A DNA stretch of 47,882 nucleotides from Gemmatimonadota bacterium (GTDB lineage Bacteria > Latescibacterota > UBA2968 > UBA8231), in assembly GCA_038153405.1 (NCBI GenBank), contig JAYOYH010000036.1, positions 1-47,882 on the forward strand, written 5' to 3'. The position numbers and the translations under genes are program-made. The notes beneath the pieces were generated by a model. It was given only the letters and a program-made list of their open reading frames with translations. It did no database searches and was not told the origin of the DNA. This document shows positions 47,881 to 47,882 of the stretch, in pieces (within the stretch, counting starts at the first letter, position 1; each line of letters opens with the position of its first letter).

Positions 47881-47882
47881 TC

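Overview
A GC-rich, densely packed bacterial chromosomal segment, mostly catabolic and transport genes on the + strand. It encodes a sugar/polyol ABC importer, a Na+/solute symporter, MFS and MATE transporters, two enolase-superfamily enzymes, two DHDPS-family lyases, two Gfo/Idh/MocA dehydrogenases, two PhyH dioxygenases, KdgK, UxuA, an atypical GHMP kinase, TrpB2, a CoA-transferase, a D-aminoacylase, a MoxR-type AAA+ pair, lnt and a hybrid histidine kinase. This repertoire resembles heterotrophic environmental lineages such as Latescibacterota, but that is inference only. The window ends in an initiator tRNA-Met (minus strand) into which a decayed tyrosine integrase reads. The most notable signals lie outside the ORF track. 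(1) A complete sigma54 module (three TCTCA-N4-TGAGA palindromes, IHF box, -24/-12) drives an unannotated 40-aa membrane micropeptide at 36494-36616. (2) An apparently intact PspF/IHF/sigma54 promoter now drives only the first ~33 codons of pspA beside the integrase remnant. (3) A 170-bp quasi-palindrome forms mirror-image divergent promoters at 43730-43899. (4) A sigma region-4-only protein is translationally coupled to lnt. No CRISPR array or rRNA was seen. All calls come from reading motifs by eye; no searches were run.
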